Shown: positions 18,921 through 27,752 of the stretch, piece after piece
How the letters are laid out: every line of letters starts with the position of its first letter
Numbering within the stretch: the first letter of the stretch is position 1
DNA from: Parcubacteria bacterium C7867-005
GTDB taxonomy: Bacteria > Patescibacteriota > Minisyncoccia > Phycocordibacterales > Zambryskibacteraceae
DNA length: 64,000 bases
Direction of reading: 5' to 3'
NCBI GenBank assembly: GCA_001189165.1
Contig: LFCO01000001.1
Coordinates: 156,848-220,847 of the forward strand
Notes under the pieces: generated by a model
What the model saw: only the letters and a program-made list of their open reading frames with translations
What the model was told of the DNA's origin: nothing
Databases searched by the model: none
Position numbers and translations under genes: made by a program

Positions 18921-19340
18921 ATGAAGAAGCGTACGCTGGTCTCGTTCGGCATCACCACGGTCGTCATCTTGCTCGCCCTCACTGTCACTCAGACGCTCTG
19001 GAGGGACGTCGACTACAAGATTGAGATCGGCTCGATCATCTCTTTCGAGGATTCGTGGGGAGCAAGCGCGGGAACTATGGGTGAGAATTGTCTCGCCCCA
19101 AGCTTCGGCCGGGCGCGTGTCGTGGCAGTAGACGGCGCTTGGGTCACCCTCGAGGATGCCGGCGCGTACTACTGGTCCTGGACCAACACGCCTGGGTGTG
19201 ACAGGTTCCAAAGAACTCGCCACTGGGTGAGAAAGAACATCATGAACAAGGCCGCGATCGAAGCAAGGGCAGCCAAGCACGACAGCCACTTACAAGAAAC
19301 GAACCTGGCTGACTATCTTGCAGATCAAGAACGCCAGTAA
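18921..19340 (+). CDS. GC-rich small signal-anchored protein (cassette 2, 139 aa)
   Basis: GGAAGG 5 nt upstream of ATG 18921; MKKRTLVSFGITTVVILLALTVTQ signal/TM; strong GC3 bias in this frame; own terminator at 19370. Confidence 0.6.
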   Translation: MKKRTLVSFGITTVVILLALTVTQTLWRDVDYKIEIGSIISFEDSWGASAGTMGENCLAPSFGRARVVAVDGAWVTLEDAGAYYWSWTNTPGCDRFQRTRHWVRKNIMNKAAIEARAAKHDSHLQETNLADYLADQERQ

Positions 19341-19369
19341 GTACTTTCCCTCTCAAGAGAAGAGGGTGC

Positions 19370-19403
19370 GCTCACCGGGACCAGTCTCGGTGAGCATTTT
19401 TCA
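19370..19403 (+). terminator. rho-independent terminator (GCTCACCG/CGGTGAGC stem, then ATTTTTCATTTTATTT)
   Basis: 8-bp stem 19370-19377/19388-19395 followed by a T-rich tract. Confidence 0.7.
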
Positions 19404-19445
19404 TTTTATTTAACATTCCCCATATTTGGTAACCTACGATACCGA

Positions 19446-19474
19446 TTGACAGTGGCATATTGAATCAGTATTGT
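19446..19474 (+). promoter_or_regulatory. sigma70-like promoter TTGACA-17-TATTGT for cassette 3
   Basis: -35 19446-19451, -10 19469-19474. Confidence 0.55.
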
Positions 19475-19516
19475 GGCGAAAGGAACACACAATCACAAGC
19501 ACACAAGCGAGGTTCC

Positions 19517-19855
19517 ATGATAGTGAAAGAGGAAGTTCGTACGGACATGGTGATCGAGTGCACCACGGATGACACTGGGAGATGGCACTTCAGGAAGGCT
19601 GGTGAGGAGGTCGAGGTGACCTTCTGCTCTGGCGCAATCGTCTTCGTCGAAGGTATTCCCGAAGAATCCAAGAAGAGGTTCGCGGTTCGTTCGGACAGGC
19701 CCAGGGCCACCGTCGAAGTTCGTGGTGACAAGATCAGCTTCGCCTTCGGCAGGCAGACAAGGGCACCGTACATCCCCACCCGTGAGAAACACCGCGTGAT
19801 GATCACCGTGAGGTCCGTCCCCCACAAGGGACACAAGGAACGCCAAACCGCCTGA
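19517..19855 (+). CDS. GC-rich hypothetical protein (cassette 3, 112 aa)
   Basis: GAGG upstream of ATG 19517; MIVKEEVRTDMVIECTTDD...; promoter and terminator flank it; the two antisense ORFs were rejected (no signals). Confidence 0.55.
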   Translation: MIVKEEVRTDMVIECTTDDTGRWHFRKAGEEVEVTFCSGAIVFVEGIPEESKKRFAVRSDRPRATVEVRGDKISFAFGRQTRAPYIPTREKHRVMITVRSVPHKGHKERQTA

Positions 19856-19880
19856 GAGGGCGGTTATATTATTTTGCTTT
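19846..19880 (+). terminator. rho-independent terminator (AACCGCC/GGCGGTT stem, stop codon in loop, then ATATTATTTTGCTTTTTT)
   Basis: 7-bp stem 19846-19852/19859-19865 and a T-run. Confidence 0.65.
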
Positions 19881-20468
19881 TTTGCCGAGGTTGAAAACTT
19901 TGCGTTTGAGGTTTTCTCTACGGCTCATGCCAAAGTGTTTGAGGTAACCGAATTTGTGAACGTAGATAGGTGACAAACCAGAGAACCACAGGATCCCCTT
20001 CTTTAGCTCATTTGTTGTATCTCCAAATATAATTCTCTGGATAATAGGTGCCGTGTCAGAGGTGATGACCATCGCAGCTGATTTACCTTTCAGCAACCTC
20101 TTCCACATGTACCCACCGGAGACGAAGTTGTAAGCGAACCCAGGCAACCATACACGGTCGAACAACCCCTTTAGTAAAGCGGGCATCGTAGACCACCAGG
20201 ATGGATAGAATATAACAAAGTGGTCAGACCAACGAACGTTTTCTTGGAAAGAAAGTAGGTCAGGCTCGAGCTCTTGGCGGAGTCTGTATCCGTGGTGGAG
20301 GATGGGGTCAAACTGCATATCTCCGATGTTCATACGGCGAACCTCGTGACCTGCTTCTGTGGCTCCGCGTTCATATTCATTGGCCAATGTGGAATTCAAA
20401 CTATCCTCATCTGGATGCCCTAAGAGGATAAAAATCTTTTTTTTCTTTGTATTGAATAGTCCAAACAT
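19869..20468 (-). CDS. flavodoxin-like fold NAD(P)H dehydrogenase (quinone) family protein
   Basis: KIFILLGHPDEDSLNSTLANEYERG...HFVIFYPSWWSTMPALLKGLFDRV matches the NQO1/MdaB-type flavodoxin_2 family. Confidence 0.8.
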   Translation of the reverse strand: MFGLFNTKKKKIFILLGHPDEDSLNSTLANEYERGATEAGHEVRRMNIGDMQFDPILHHGYRLRQELEPDLLSFQENVRWSDHFVIFYPSWWSTMPALLKGLFDRVWLPGFAYNFVSGGYMWKRLLKGKSAAMVITSDTAPIIQRIIFGDTTNELKKGILWFSGLSPIYVHKFGYLKHFGMSRRENLKRKVFNLGKKAK

Positions 20469-20472
20469 ATTG

Positions 20473-20700
20473 TTATAAAAGTTTTTGTAATTCGGCCTGG
20501 TTTTTGCGCATCACCTCCATGGTAGCCTCGAGCTCGGATTTACCTGACTTCTTTTTGGCTTCGATCTCTTCTCCAATTCTCTTAAAGAAGTCAGGGTTCT
20601 TTTCTACCATGGCCATGATCTTCTCCTGCTCGGCCTCAGGTACGCCCTTCATCTTGGACTTCATCACCTGTTTGAGCAGAAAGTTTTTGAACATACCCAT
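20473..20700 (-). CDS. small helical hypothetical protein (75 aa)
   Basis: ORF only; Lys/Glu/Met-rich helical sequence; no family recognised. Confidence 0.45.
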   Translation of the reverse strand: MGMFKNFLLKQVMKSKMKGVPEAEQEKIMAMVEKNPDFFKRIGEEIEAKKKSGKSELEATMEVMRKNQAELQKLL

Positions 20701-20788
20701 AGGTCATTTATTATACTGTCATTTATGACCAAATCAAAACCCGACCTTTCAGCCGGGTTTTGATTCTTATTGATAATTTATTATTAAA

Positions 20789-21019
20789 TTATTTTTTGTC
20801 TGAAGGGAGGATCTTGTACATACCGGTTCCGCAAGTTGTACAGGTACCCTTGGCTGCTGGTCGTCCAGGCTTGATCTCTACTTTCTGGACATCCTTCATT
20901 TCCCTCTTTTCCTTGCACTTTACGCAATATCCTATTATTTGATCGTTCATAGATTGATTATACCATTCTATCCACAGGACGCAAGGTATCAAACTTGCTT
21001 TCACACTATATCTGTTCAT
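20789..21019 (-). CDS. small zinc-ribbon protein (likely about 53 aa from internal MNDQ start)
   Basis: CVKCKEK...18 aa...CTTCGTGMYK, a two-CxxC zinc ribbon; hairpin terminator downstream at about 20738-20765. Confidence 0.5.
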   Translation of the reverse strand: MNRYSVKASLIPCVLWIEWYNQSMNDQIIGYCVKCKEKREMKDVQKVEIKPGRPAAKGTCTTCGTGMYKILPSDKK

Positions 21020-21028
21020 AATTAGTGT

Positions 21029-21232
21029 ATGAGTGAATCACTAGAAAACTACTTAGATGCCCCGCTAGCGGACATAGATCCCAGCGTCCCCGCTTTCACT
21101 TACGAGGCCAAGGATATCGAGAAATTCCTGAAAGAAGGCAAGACGTATGCAGAAATCGAGGAGATGCAAAGGGTGGCGAACGAGAACATACTAGCCGGTA
21201 AATATCGTACAGAAAAAAAGCGAGCTGCTTAG
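21029..21232 (+). CDS. small hypothetical protein (67 aa)
   Basis: ORF followed by hairpin GCGAGCT-GCTT-AGCTCGC plus T-run (about 21220-21255). Confidence 0.45.
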   Translation: MSESLENYLDAPLADIDPSVPAFTYEAKDIEKFLKEGKTYAEIEEMQRVANENILAGKYRTEKKRAA

Positions 21233-21266
21233 CTCGCCTTCTTTCTTTTACTCTCCAAGCTTTGGT

Positions 21267-21500
21267 TTATTGATCGAGTAAATTTGTCCAGACTGATGTA
21301 TCCATCATTGGCTCAAGTTCTACGGGTCTATCTACGTTCAACTTGGAATAATCTCCACCGGCTTGGTTTAACTCTTGTTCGAGAGCTGGCATAGTCTGGT
21401 TGTAAACTTCGAGTTTCTGATCCACAGACATGTCTGGGTTCATGAATGCGGCCAATATAAGGCCGAAAAGTTGTATTGTTTGCAATGTAAGCTCTGCCAT
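21267..21500 (-). CDS. small hypothetical protein (77 aa)
   Basis: ORF only; convergent with 21029..21232. Confidence 0.4.
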   Translation of the reverse strand: MAELTLQTIQLFGLILAAFMNPDMSVDQKLEVYNQTMPALEQELNQAGGDYSKLNVDRPVELEPMMDTSVWTNLLDQ

Positions 21501-21594
21501 GAATTTGTGTGTATATTATGCTTAACTGTACAAGTATACCATACATCAGGTATATAAGTCAAGTCAAGATTGTTCCTCATTTTCTGGTGGATAA

Positions 21595-22266
21595 CTACCC
21601 CACCTCGCTTGCCATCTCTGGTTGGAGGATGTCGTTCCAAACTAGGAGCTTCCATTCTGGTTTACAAAACGGCCATTTTTTATAGGTACAGATAGTGAGA
21701 CCTGCATTTTCTATCGGATTTAGAAAACTCAATTTGTTGTATTCAGAAGCAGTGAGACTCTCCCCCATGAGCATGTAGGAGATGATCATCTTCAGAAAGA
21801 TATTGTGAGTAACCATGAGGATCCTTTTTTCCTTTCTCTGGCTGATATATTCGAGCAATGCCTTGGCCCTTTCCTTTAGATCAGCAAAATTTTCTTCATC
21901 TGAGTAGCGGAAATTATCTTTGTGGAACCCTTTGTCTATGAGGTCGATGATTTGTCGCACCTCTGATTCGTCTCCGTGGTGACCAATGATCTCTCTAGGA
22001 TTCCGCCTTTCTTTTAACAAATCACTATATTCGATGTCAGTGATCCCCAGTTCATGAGCGATGATGTCAGATGTTTCTTTGGTTCGCTCAAAGGGGCTGG
22101 ATATGAGGACTTGCGGTCGGCCTTTGTGTTTGGGGAACTTGCGAGCAGTAGCCAAGGCTTGCTCACGGCCCTTGTCTGTGAGTGCTCCTTCTGCCCCTTG
22201 CCTGATCCCTTGTGAATTCAAAACACTCTCACCATGTCTGACAAAATAGATAACCTTCGTAGCCAT
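21595..22266 (-). CDS. histidine phosphatase family protein (phosphoglycerate-mutase-like)
   Basis: N-terminal VIYFVRHGESVLNSQG (RHG catalytic motif) and downstream His. Confidence 0.85.
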   Translation of the reverse strand: MATKVIYFVRHGESVLNSQGIRQGAEGALTDKGREQALATARKFPKHKGRPQVLISSPFERTKETSDIIAHELGITDIEYSDLLKERRNPREIIGHHGDESEVRQIIDLIDKGFHKDNFRYSDEENFADLKERAKALLEYISQRKEKRILMVTHNIFLKMIISYMLMGESLTASEYNKLSFLNPIENAGLTICTYKKWPFCKPEWKLLVWNDILQPEMASEVG

Positions 22267-22315
22267 GAATTTAGTTTACTATACTGAAACCGTATTTATC
22301 TCAGAAATTAAATAC

Positions 22316-22344
22316 TTGACAAACACGCATAGTCGATGTAATCT
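22316..22344 (+). promoter_or_regulatory. sigma70-like promoter TTGACA-17-TAATCT for cassette 4
   Basis: -35 22316-22321, -10 22339-22344. Confidence 0.6.
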
Positions 22345-22397
22345 CGCACGAGAGTTTGCTCTGCCCGCACTTCCACCAACCACTCGTAGAGGGTCCA

Positions 22398-22709
22398 ATG
22401 GCGGCCAAGAAGAAGCCCATGAACGACGCGCGGAAGTCCGAAGTACTGATCAAGATCCTGAAGTCCATCCTTCTCGCGCAGTTGGAAGAGGAGGGTGATA
22501 ACCTGGCTGATGAAGCCACCAAGAAGATGGCTGAGCTGATCGTCGATGTGTCAGAACTAGCCGGCATCTCCTATGAGGATCTCATCGAGGTGGGGCGCCC
22601 TGTGTGCCACGACCTACTCGATGAACTCATCAGTAACGCGATGGAGATCCTCGGGGATCAGAAGGCCGAGAAGGCCACAGGGTCGACGGGCACGCAAGAA
22701 GGCCGGTGA
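22398..22709 (+). CDS. GC-rich acidic hypothetical protein (cassette 4, 103 aa)
   Basis: GAGGG upstream of ATG 22398; MAAKKKPMNDARKSEVLIKILKSILLAQLEEEGDN...; very high GC3; terminator at 22719. Confidence 0.55.
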   Translation: MAAKKKPMNDARKSEVLIKILKSILLAQLEEEGDNLADEATKKMAELIVDVSELAGISYEDLIEVGRPVCHDLLDELISNAMEILGDQKAEKATGSTGTQEGR

Positions 22710-22718
22710 AGTGGGCGC

Positions 22719-22752
22719 AGAGCTGTCAGACAACAGCTCTCTTTTAATTTAT
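22719..22752 (+). terminator. rho-independent terminator (AGAGCTGT/ACAGCTCT stem, loop CAGACA, then CTTTTAATTTAT)
   Basis: 8-bp stem 22719-22726/22733-22740. Confidence 0.7.
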
Positions 22753-22754
22753 AA

Positions 22755-22940
22755 CTAATCTTTGTGTTCGTGCTTTATGAACTTTACTCCGAGGTAGTAT
22801 GGCCAGATGATGATGGCCAAAACACCTTTCCAGAAGCTTAGTTTCAAGTAGCCGATAGTGAACAACCATCCGATCATCCACAAAGTACTCAACCCATCAT
22901 TACTCACGATAATATTATTCATTTCATTCATTCTATTCAT
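22755..22940 (-). CDS. small membrane protein (61 aa)
   Basis: Two hydrophobic segments (LWMIGWLFTIGYL, VLAIIIWPYYLGV); ORF only. Confidence 0.4.
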   Translation of the reverse strand: MNRMNEMNNIIVSNDGLSTLWMIGWLFTIGYLKLSFWKGVLAIIIWPYYLGVKFIKHEHKD

Positions 22941-22966
22941 ATAAGTAGTATATCAAATCATAAACC

Positions 22967-24229
22967 CTATCTCCAAATCCTAAAGTCGTCCATCCATTCT
23001 GATTGAGTCACCGGAGACCCTTGGTTAAATGTCGCTGGTGTTTTAAACAGATAGTATCCACCGCTGTTGTATGTGGCGATGTTCGTATGTGACCACTTTC
23101 GCTCACCGTCTATCCAGCCGTGGATAAATCCATCCAATGCATTCGGGGTTGAACTCTGCCTAGTATGAAAGGTGACTCTGTGCCAATTTCCATCTGCGAG
23201 CGTTTCAACGCTCACTGGACTACCCACATTCTGCTGATAAAGAGGATGGTCATAGTCAGAACCCATACCCAGAGTGTGGTTCTCGCTTATGAAATCAAAT
23301 CTCGAACCAGATTGTGCCCAGAGAAAAAACAGCTTTTTGGCATTACCACTGCACCCGCTCCTACCATTCCAATCGAAAGCAAACCCACTTTGGTAACGGA
23401 CGGAGTACTGTACGTATATCTCATTTGTGGGTGTGAAGGACCATTCGAGTAGCTTCGAATCATCCTGGCAATTACTTGAAGCCGACCAGTCGAACCTCAC
23501 TGCATTCGTCCCTCCTACACCTTGAGAATTATCCGCAAATATAGAATTCTCTCCGAGGGTGGTGTATGAACTCCTGATAGAGGCCGAACTTAGCTTCTGA
23601 TTAAAATTGTCGTACCAAAGAGATGTGTTCACCCCCGCTTGATACTGTGGTTCTGTGCTTGGTTGTGGTACTACAACTGGTGGGGTGATCACTGGAGCCG
23701 GGGCCACGGTGGTCGAAGTAGTGACAGTATTTGTGGTAACTTCCACTGGGAGAGGAGCTATGGTAGGTGCTTCAGGATTATTATTTGAAGAACGAGATGA
23801 TGAACCACCCCCACCAGAAGAGCTCCTTCTCACTGGAATCGTGGTGGCGACAATATTCAAACTATTTAATTTGGTTCTGGTCATTGGTCCGACGAAACCC
23901 GTATTTGATACATTGTTTGAGGATTGAAACTTCTTTACGGCAACTTCGGTGAGGTTCCCATAATATCCGAGGCCGATGTTCGGGGGCATGACCAAATACC
24001 CTTTAGAGATGAGGATTTGTTGCAGAGCAACCACTTGTGTGCCCGTCGATCCAACCCCCATATCATTTATTATATTTGCAGAAGACACGTTCAATACCTG
24101 CATGGCTTGTATTTGTTTTTGCAATAGCAGTAGCTGAGCTTGGAGTTCAGCTATGGTCGGTGTTTGGGCTCTAAGAGAAATTGGGATGAGAACAAGGAGA
24201 AGCAAGGGCAACAAACGCTTCATTGCCAT
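22967..24229 (-). CDS. secreted peptidoglycan-binding protein with Thr/Pro-rich linker and C-terminal beta-rich domain
   Basis: Signal peptide MAMKRLLPLLLLVLIPISLRAQ; PG_binding_1-like VALQQILISKGYLVMPPNIGLGYYGNLTEVAVKKFQ; linker SSSGGGGSSS...TTSTTVAPAPVITPPVVVP; C-terminal domain of about 230 aa of unknown function. Confidence 0.7.
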   Translation of the reverse strand: MAMKRLLPLLLLVLIPISLRAQTPTIAELQAQLLLLQKQIQAMQVLNVSSANIINDMGVGSTGTQVVALQQILISKGYLVMPPNIGLGYYGNLTEVAVKKFQSSNNVSNTGFVGPMTRTKLNSLNIVATTIPVRRSSSGGGGSSSRSSNNNPEAPTIAPLPVEVTTNTVTTSTTVAPAPVITPPVVVPQPSTEPQYQAGVNTSLWYDNFNQKLSSASIRSSYTTLGENSIFADNSQGVGGTNAVRFDWSASSNCQDDSKLLEWSFTPTNEIYVQYSVRYQSGFAFDWNGRSGCSGNAKKLFFLWAQSGSRFDFISENHTLGMGSDYDHPLYQQNVGSPVSVETLADGNWHRVTFHTRQSSTPNALDGFIHGWIDGERKWSHTNIATYNSGGYYLFKTPATFNQGSPVTQSEWMDDFRIWR

Positions 24230-24272
24230 TAATCATAGCAGATATTAAGTAAATCTATTCTCCACACCAAAC

Positions 24273-24716
24273 CTACCAATCTGATTCACTGTAGAGTTTT
24301 TTATCCCTAACATCCTCTAGTGCCCTAAGAATATATGGAATTGTATTTTGAGGTAGATTCTGAAGGTTGAACCAGCTTAGATCGTCACACTTTTCTGGTT
24401 CCATATTCTTCAGCTCTCCATCCCATTTACTGCATGTAAAGAAAAAATCCAGATGCTCGTCATTATGATCCGTCCCGTTCCTGTGCATCACATGGACAAG
24501 TCCGACATCCTTTTTATCTATAAGCACATCTATTTCTTCTTTCGCTTCTCTCACTAGACAATCCAGTACTGACTCACCCTTGTCTACATGCCCAGCTGGG
24601 ACACTGTAGTTACCATCCTCATACCCCGTATTGAAACGACGCAAAAGCAAAACTTTCTCATCTTGAAATAGAAGTAGGTACGATGCCGAAATAATCTTAT
24701 GCCGTTCCTTTTTCAT
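24273..24716 (-). CDS. NUDIX hydrolase
   Basis: Nudix box GHVDKGESVLDCLVREAKEEIDV (GX5EX7REUXEEXGU). Confidence 0.85.
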   Translation of the reverse strand: MKKERHKIISASYLLLFQDEKVLLLRRFNTGYEDGNYSVPAGHVDKGESVLDCLVREAKEEIDVLIDKKDVGLVHVMHRNGTDHNDEHLDFFFTCSKWDGELKNMEPEKCDDLSWFNLQNLPQNTIPYILRALEDVRDKKLYSESDW

Positions 24717-24786
24717 CTTGTGATTCTAACATTCTAGGCTATCAAAAAAAACAAAATACCCCATAAGTGGGATATTTTTGGTTTTG

Positions 24787-24859
24787 TGGACCCTACAGGA
24801 CTCGAACCTGCCACCCCCTCATTGCAAATGAGGTGCTCTACCAGATGAGCTAAGGGCCC
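24787..24859 (-). tRNA. tRNA-Ala (anticodon UGC)
   Basis: Cloverleaf folded by hand: acceptor GGGCCCU/AGGGUCC with G3:U70, D-stem GCUC/GAGC, anticodon stem CCUCA/UGAGG with loop UUUGCAA, T-loop TTCGAGT, discriminator A73; CCA not encoded. Confidence 0.9.
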
Positions 24860-24945
24860 AAGAACATTACTATATTAGACCAAAACCAATAAATCAAGGT
24901 CAGAAACCGAGCATTACCTAATTCTAAAGCACAAGAATCAAATAT

Positions 24946-24973
24946 TTGACTTATTAAAAAACACTGGTATGGT
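24946..24973 (+). promoter_or_regulatory. sigma70-like promoter TTGACT-16-TATGGT for cassette 5
   Basis: -35 24946-24951, -10 24968-24973; the 24969 ATG of the track ORF lies inside the -10, so the start was moved to 25008. Confidence 0.5.
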
Positions 24974-25007
24974 GACCTCAGAGCACACCCACACACGGAG
25001 CAAACCC

Positions 25008-25385
25008 ATGCAGTATTCTGATCTCCCGAAAGCGACATTCATCGGCGTAGCCTCGAATGCCCTCGACCTCTCTTTCCTGCTCGAGGAAGCAATGATTGGG
25101 ACATGGGGACCATTCCTCTACTGCGATCGAGCCCGCGGTGGTCCGAACTCTTGCCGAATCCTCAGTCAGGTGGCGACGGAGTACACAGAGACCGCCCCAC
25201 TTGTGCGGGCGATGGGCTGTACAAGCATGGCCATCGATCTCTTTCGAAAGGATTCCTTCTCGAAAGCGCGATTCGATCCAGCAACACCTCCAGCCCAAGG
25301 CGCAGTCAAGAGTTGGGAGGTGAGCCTCGCTAGCGCTACCGCCCATCACTTAGTGATCGTTAAGGCGGTATGGCGCCTTCCTTGA
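25008..25385 (+). CDS. GC-rich hypothetical protein (cassette 5, 125 aa)
   Basis: GGAG 9 nt upstream of ATG 25008; MQYSDLPKATFIGVASNALDLSFLLEEAMIGTWGPFLYCDRARGG...; strong terminator immediately after stop. Confidence 0.5.
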   Translation: MQYSDLPKATFIGVASNALDLSFLLEEAMIGTWGPFLYCDRARGGPNSCRILSQVATEYTETAPLVRAMGCTSMAIDLFRKDSFSKARFDPATPPAQGAVKSWEVSLASATAHHLVIVKAVWRLP

Positions 25386-25387
25386 CA

Positions 25388-25428
25388 CGGCAACTCTCTG
25401 GAGTTGCCGTTCTTTATTATTTATTTTT
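25388..25428 (+). terminator. rho-independent terminator (9-bp stem CGGCAACTC/GAGTTGCCG, loop TCTG, then TTCTTTATTATTTATTTTTT)
   Basis: Exact 9-bp reverse complement arms 25388-25396/25401-25409 plus a long T-run. Confidence 0.85.
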
Positions 25429-26409
25429 TAATGCCAAATTGAGAACATGCTCAAGAAAACCCTCGGATGACCATCCAGATAGGTCAAGTGACTTGGGCAA
25501 AGAAGAATCAACCCCAAAGGATGGTTGTGAAGAAGTCTCCAATACATAGATCTTGCCTTGAGGAGTGAGGATGAGGTCAGAGCGCGAATAATGTCTTAAA
25601 CCCAGGGCCTGGTGTGCTTTCTTGGCCACGTATTCCAAGCTCCTGTTTTCATTCGCTGTAAATGAATTTTCAGACAAATGCTCTCGCGCAGTAGAGAACT
25701 TTTTATCATAATCCGGTCTCTTGTTCTTCTCTGGAGTGCGGATCTCAACAGGGATAAGTGCGTACAACTCTTCTCCGTGTGCATTTTCTATAACTGAGCA
25801 GGCAGCTTCTTTGCCTCGGACGAACTCTTCAACCAACACTCTATCAGAAAATTCTAGTGCCTCATCTACTGCTTTCACCAACTCATCGAATGTATATGCA
25901 AGTCTGATCCCTCTCATGCTTTCTGCTGTAGCTGGCTTCACTACCAACGGATGCAAATAGTTTCTGAAAACATGAACGAGCTTCTCCACTTCGTCTTCTG
26001 CGGTTATAAGTTCATGTCGTGGTGTGAACAGTCCGTGTATCTCATACACACGCTTACTCATATCTTTGTTCGTGCTGATAGCCGAGCTGATCGTGCTCGA
26101 TCCAGTGAATGGTATATGAAGAGAAGACAAAATCTTCTGAACATTGCCGTCTTCGCCGTATGCACCATGGAGCGCATTCCAAACCACATCTACATGTTCT
26201 AGGGACTTGTGTGGTTCAACCTTCATCCCAGATTTATGCCAGTCCCCTTCTTTGGAAATAAAAATATCTACTGGATGATAGTATTCTGGTTTATCTCTCA
26301 AGATCTTTAAAACATGCTCCCCTGTCTGCAGAGACGCATCATAGTCAGGGGATGGTCCGCCCCGCAGAACAGCCACACGAATTTTATTAGACAGAGATTG
26401 TGGATTCAT
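25417..26409 (-). CDS. ddl: D-alanine--D-alanine ligase
   Basis: NALHGAYGEDGNVQKILSSLHIPFTGS and ATP-grasp body; start placed at MNPQSL (ATG 26409, AGGA upstream) rather than the track start 26517, which would overlap uvrC. Confidence 0.88.
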   Translation of the reverse strand: MNPQSLSNKIRVAVLRGGPSPDYDASLQTGEHVLKILRDKPEYYHPVDIFISKEGDWHKSGMKVEPHKSLEHVDVVWNALHGAYGEDGNVQKILSSLHIPFTGSSTISSAISTNKDMSKRVYEIHGLFTPRHELITAEDEVEKLVHVFRNYLHPLVVKPATAESMRGIRLAYTFDELVKAVDEALEFSDRVLVEEFVRGKEAACSVIENAHGEELYALIPVEIRTPEKNKRPDYDKKFSTAREHLSENSFTANENRSLEYVAKKAHQALGLRHYSRSDLILTPQGKIYVLETSSQPSFGVDSSLPKSLDLSGWSSEGFLEHVLNLALKNK

Positions 26410-26443
26410 AAATAAATTATATCCTACTCCTAACTCACCCGCA

Positions 26444-27706
26444 CTAGATTCGAAAACCGCTTGATCGTAGTTTCCTGTGGTAAGTGATAGCGAACCGGTG
26501 CGCCTCAGAATTTGCAAGGAGGATCGACCTCCCCCATTTCTCTATTTTGCCCTTCTCTCCGATTATTTCTCTTGCTTTATGCTTTTCGTCTTTGACCACA
26601 GAGACGATTTCTATATTGAATCCTCTTTCTTTCAATTCTTCTTTAGCTGCATTTATCTGTGCAGTACTGCCATCAACCACGATGAGTTGTGGCAAATTCC
26701 ACTCCGCATGGCCGAGTCTCCTGCGGATCACTTCCCTTAGATTCTTCGTATCATCAACACCGACCCTGCCACCGACGCCTTTGATTTTGAATTTCCTGTA
26801 CTGACTCTTTTGCAGTTCATCATCCTCTACCACTACCATCACACCGACTGTATCAGACCCAGAGATATGGGCGATGTCATATGCCTCTATTCTAAACACA
26901 TTCTCATCATAAACCCGAGTTGAATCTCTCTTTATCAGAGCGACATCCTGAATATGGTCGAGCGAGTAGAGCGTTCTCTTGATCTTCTCTGCATCTTCAA
27001 ACCTCTCTTCTTTGGCGCAAAGCTTCATCTCTTTCTCTAATTCTTTGATCAAAGTTGTCTTTTCTCCATTGAAAAATAGTTCGAGGTGTTTGATTCTCTT
27101 TCTGTATTCTCTTTTGGATATGGCACCCGAGCAAACCCCGGGGCATAGACCGATTTGAGAGTTAAAGCATGGCTTTATTTTCGCTCCCATTTTCAATTCT
27201 TCTTTAGGAATACACTTGTCCCTGTATGGAAATAATTTACGAATAATTTTTAAAGCTTCTCGGAGCTCCCCACTGCTGGGGAAGGGTCCGAAGACTGATT
27301 TGATCTTATAATTCTTCGCAGTTTGCTCGAAGTGTTCTATGTTCCTAGAACGGATCACTAATACACGAGGGTAATCTTCGAGGGTGACGATAACTGAATT
27401 AAAACTCTTGTTGTCCTTCTCTATGGTGTTGTATGGGGGTAAGTGTTTTTTGATCTGGCCCGCTTCGAGCATCAGTGCTTCGAGGACGGATTGGGTTTCG
27501 GTGAACCTTATACTCGTCGCTCCTTCGACCATCTTCACTAACCTCGGTCCACGGGTTTTGATCAAATCCTTTGAAAAGTAGCTTTTGACCCTATCTTTCA
27601 AACTAGTGGCTTTGCCTATATAAAGTATTTCTTTTTTGGATCCAAGGAAAAAATACACACCTGGTGTGTCTGGGAGTTTGGCTTTCTGTAGTGCTTGACT
27701 ATTCAT
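26444..27706 (-). CDS. uvrC: excinuclease ABC subunit C (short form, no C-terminal HhH)
   Basis: GIY-YIG N-terminus PGVYFFLGSKKEILYIGKATSLKDRVKSYF, UvrBC-interacting and RNase-H-like endonuclease regions. Confidence 0.88.
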   Translation of the reverse strand: MNSQALQKAKLPDTPGVYFFLGSKKEILYIGKATSLKDRVKSYFSKDLIKTRGPRLVKMVEGATSIRFTETQSVLEALMLEAGQIKKHLPPYNTIEKDNKSFNSVIVTLEDYPRVLVIRSRNIEHFEQTAKNYKIKSVFGPFPSSGELREALKIIRKLFPYRDKCIPKEELKMGAKIKPCFNSQIGLCPGVCSGAISKREYRKRIKHLELFFNGEKTTLIKELEKEMKLCAKEERFEDAEKIKRTLYSLDHIQDVALIKRDSTRVYDENVFRIEAYDIAHISGSDTVGVMVVVEDDELQKSQYRKFKIKGVGGRVGVDDTKNLREVIRRRLGHAEWNLPQLIVVDGSTAQINAAKEELKERGFNIEIVSVVKDEKHKAREIIGEKGKIEKWGRSILLANSEAHRFAITYHRKLRSSGFRI

Positions 27707-27752
27707 ACAAATATGATACTATATTTTCAGGACCCGCACAAAGGAGAGGTAC

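Noticed and set aside
18855-19289. Minus-strand 144-aa ORF antisense to cassette 2; likewise 19465..19836, 19493..19846, 24978..25349, 30853..31140, 34603..34989 and 34785..34985
   Set aside because: Long antisense ORFs are expected by chance in GC-rich DNA. None has an SD, promoter or terminator. GC3 bias and all transcription signals favour the plus-strand frames.
24969-25007. Track start codon 24969 for cassette 5
   Set aside because: That ATG lies inside the predicted -10 (TATGGT) and has no SD. The ATG at 25008 has GGAG upstream.
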